Made by a program: the position numbers and the translations under genes. From Chiloscyllium plagiosum (Eukaryota), in contig NC_057737.1 in assembly GCF_004010195.1 (NCBI RefSeq), positions 29,994,875 to 30,058,874 of the forward strand: a DNA stretch of 64,000 nucleotides, written 5' to 3'. Under the pieces are notes generated by a model. It was not told the DNA's origin and ran no database searches. It saw only the letters and a program-made list of their open reading frames with translations. This document shows, piece after piece, positions 60,436 to 64,000 of the stretch (its first letter is position 1; every line of letters starts with the position of its first letter).

Positions 60436-62241
60436 TTACAGCTCTGACCTTCATGTCGAGACTAATGTGTATGAATAGGCCTTTTGCCACTCACCAATGA
60501 AAATCCCATCTCACTGTTCAAGACTTGGTTCAAAAATGGGACATTTTGTACTTGAAATCTCATTGCTGGTTTCACAAAATTCTCCCAAACTTTGTCCCCA
60601 GTATCCACATCATTCAGTGGCTGGGAAAATTCAGCTTTATGTCTTGACATAACTACCCATGCTTCACATTGAAAGGTTTGCTGAGGCTAAGATAGAAGTG
60701 CAGAACCTCAGCGAAATGAACTTGTTCTCAGAAAAGAATTTGTTTTGCTTATTTGTATTGTATTGCAATGAATTGTTCACTGTATCAGGATGGCAAAAGC
60801 TGTGGAAATTCTGGTGACAGAACAGGCAATTCAACAGTAAACTACAAAATACAGAGAAAAAAAAAATTGTGCGAAATTGGGCGGTATATATAAATTGACT
60901 ACTTTCCATGTAGCAAATGAGAATCAGTATGACAGTGATGAAGTTGGATATTTGTAAGGTGAATCTCCTGGCCTTGATGGGAAGATAAATTTGGTCAATT
61001 CTGTTCTAAGTGAATAAGATTGTGATGTATAACATGTCCCAATGTGAGGAGCAATCTTAGAGCTCCCTCTCAGTGAATTTATGAGTGGGGTGCATTTAAT
61101 TGGGCTTTTGAGGATCACACTGCCTTTTATTATTTCCACGATTAAGTCTGTGATTGGAAAGCACTGAGAAGGCCTTCTGCCAATTGAACAGGGCAACTAA
61201 TACCTTCTTAAGGGCCTCCTTTCATCACCACAAATACAGCATTGGAAGGTGAGGGGCATCACTGAATCGAAACCCCTGCCTTTGCTGCTGTCCTCCCATT
61301 GCCAGTAACCTCACTCAATGATCCTAGTCCTCTTATCTATTCCCTGTGATCTGGGCCCCCTCAGCAACCCTGTTTGTGGGTGGGTGCATTACCTCCAGCA
61401 GTCATAGCCCCTCAAGTGGCACTGTCGAGCATTGATGAGCTTATTGATCAGCAGGTGGAATCTCTCACCCAGGTCCATTGCAGAGATTACTCTGATTCTG
61501 CAGTTACAACCCGGAGCCACACTTCAAGAAGCAGGAGTTGAAGAGTGGCTACATGGTCTTAGCAAATTCCTGTGTTCTTCCAGCCTCCTGCTGGCCTAGA
61601 ATTGTAGCTTTCCACTGAGAATCTGGAGCCAAACCTCATGAGTTAAAGGATGTGTGCAACATCATGTCCAAATCTTAATTCCTCTTGAGATGTTTATTTC
61701 TACATTTATTTGTTGGTTGTTTTAAGTAATTTGCCTGGGAGACTGACCAAATAATCTGCACATAGCCGCTTGCCAAAGTTGCTCTTCATTGCTCCCAAGC
61801 TGGAGAATATTTATTTCTGCTCCTTCATCATTAACTTTCTAAAATAAAAAACTGAGCAATGGGATGTTCCTGTATATTGGTGTGCCAAGCCATCATACCA
61901 CTCACTGGTACAAGCTGAATTTATGGCCAAAATTCCGAGTTTGATGAATTCCAGACTTCAACTGAACCACTAGGCAATCCGTTAAGTGTTGGTTAAGTGG
62001 ATTTTGCAGTAGGGGGAGGGTGCACTAAATGACAATGGATCAGAGACAAAAGTCACACCTGATGGTACTGCTGTTAGCCTGGCCCCTGTCTCCACCCCTG
62101 ACTGAACTCCCGTGCTCTGTCTCTGACCCAACTGTTGCTTTACCCCCTTGATCTCTGGGTTGTTAGTGGTCCCTGGCTATGTGACCAGCTCAACTCATTT
62201 GTAATTTTCAAATGCAGTGTAATCCACAACTCTATCCCTCA

Positions 62242-62555
62242 TTAGATTACATGCAGTGTGGAAGCAAGCCCTTCGGCCCAACAAGTCCACACCGACCCTC
62301 CGAAGAGCAACCCAGCCAGACCCATTCCCCTACATCTACCCCTTCACCTAACACTACAGGCAATTTAGAATGGCCAATTCACCAAAACTGCACATTTTTG
62401 GACTGTGGAAGGAAACCGGAGCACCCAGAGGAAACCCACGCAGACACGGGGAAAATATGCAAACTCCACACAGACAGTTGCCTGAGGCAGCAATTGAACC
62501 TGGGTCTCTGGCGCTGTGAGGCAGCAGTGCTAACCACTGCGCCACCATATCACCC
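62242..62555 (-). mobile_element. HE1-type V-SINE
   Basis: Same head, V domain and tail as 54977-55311 (GGTGGCGCAGTGGTTAGCACTGCTGCCTCACAGCGCCAG.GACCCAGGTTCAATT..). Confidence 0.9.
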
Positions 62556-63294
62556 ATATGGTCACAGTTATCTCAGGGCCCTATCTCTAACATCTTGATC
62601 AAAGTAATGAGATAATCTAGAAACGACTGGAGGAGAAACATGATCCCCACAGAGTTTACCTCCATGACAAGTCATCACTATTCCAGCTCATTGCTCGCAA
62701 AGCAGCCACAGATCTGTTTAGTGCAAGCCCAGATAAGTGCAGAACTAAGTCAGAATGAAGACAAATTTTAGCCACATGCAAACCACAAAGACTAGAAGAA
62801 ATTGTACAGTGTTCTAAAATGGTGTCTACCAACCTCAAGCTTGCTGGTAGATCATCACCAATTCTTGGTGCTAAAGGCTAGCACTGCTCGCAGAAAAAAG
62901 TTCAAATTCTATACAGCTAGGTGCATCAGCTTTTATCTGTCAATGATGTAGCAGTCAACAGGCTGCCACAGGCTGCAGACAACTGCTCTCGTGATAACTC
63001 TCTCATGCTGATGAAAATGATGAACGCAATCAGACTGCTGTCTAGAGGCAAAGCTCAAAGGAGCTCATGCTGTACAGCTGAGATCTACATTAACCGAGGT
63101 TAATGCCTCCCCAAAAAGCTCGCTGAACTCTTTCAGATTGCAGTGTGTAATATAGGCTCGCAGCATTTGTCCTGATTTAGGAACTTGGATTAGTAAGTGG
63201 AGATAAAATAGTTTTCAGTTCTGTGGAAATGATTTGTTTCTTTCAAAAAGGTCAGAAAGTAATTTTGAGCAGTGAACTATTACCAACTTCCCTG

Positions 63295-64000
63295 GAGTAG
63301 AGTAGAGTAGCTTTTTATTTGTCATTTCTATCAAGTACAACTGATACAGTAAAAACGAGACAGCGTTCCTCCAGGACTGAGGGTGCTACATGGACAGCAC
63401 AAGCTACACAATCAGATATAGCATAAAGTGTATGAGAAGTACAAAACATGCAAGTTGCAGTGTAATAAAGAATGATAAATAATAGACATTTTTCTAGAAG
63501 CAATTTGAAGTCGTGCAATGAATTTCAGATGGGAAACAGTCTGATCATACTGTGTTAAGCAGCCTGATGGCTTGGGGAAGAAACTGTTGCACAGTCTGGC
63601 TGTGAGAGACCAAATGCTCAGGTAACTTCTGCCAGATGGCAGGAGGGAGAAGAGCTTGAGTGAGGGATGTGTGGGGTCTTCCACAATGCTCTTAGGCTTT
63701 TGAATGCAGTGTGTGGAGTAAGTGTCCGGAATGAAGGGAAGAGAGACCCCGGTGATCCTCTTATCTGTCCTCACTATCCATTGTAGTGTGTTACTATCCA
63801 AGACGGTGCAATTCCTGAACCAGGCAGTGATGCAGCAGCTCAGGGTACTCTCAATGAACCCTCTGTAGAATGTGGTGAGGATGGGGGGTTGGGAGATGGA
63901 CTTTCCTCAGCCTGCGCAGAAAGTAGAGACACTTCTGGGTTTTCTTGGCTATGGGGTTTGTGTTGAGGGACCAGTGAGATTTTCTGCTAGGTGTACACCA
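63295..64000 (-). mobile_element. Rex1/Babar-clade LINE 3' portion (continues past the window end)
   Basis: Minus ORF LQWIVRT..RITGVSLP.I.D.Y...C..K..SIVEDPTHPS..LFSLLPSGR.Y.SI...TARL.NSFFP, and upstream AKKTQKCLYFLRRLRK. The 3' tail is (CTACT)x3 at 63295-63310. Confidence 0.9.

Overview
Repeat-rich, AT-rich vertebrate genomic DNA with four N-gaps (5509-6448, 9480-9672, 19761-19924, 23776-23904). The repeat set (HER1-type CR1 LINEs, HE1/V-SINEs, Deu-domain SINE remnants, Neptune-type Penelope elements, L2, RTE, Rex1/Babar, Tigger- and hAT-like MITEs) points to an elasmobranch, probably a shark (inference). I recognise no host protein-coding exon. Every recognisable ORF is a broken retroelement RT or endonuclease. 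A TE-free island at about 29.5-34.1 kb has CCAAT boxes, a C-tract, CpGs and a strong splice donor, and looks like the promoter and non-coding first exon of an unidentified + strand gene. Several CNE-like blocks lie around it. The most interesting signal is a set of short (about 80-250 bp) Penelope-end insertions, mostly hairpins, flanked by 10-16 bp target-site duplications. They carry a minimal hammerhead-ribozyme core (CTGAnGA-stem-GAAACGTC) and fall into at least three or four sequence families. Hammerheads in Penelope terminal repeats are established knowledge; whether these hairpins move as their own unit is open. All family names come from recalled motifs, not database searches.
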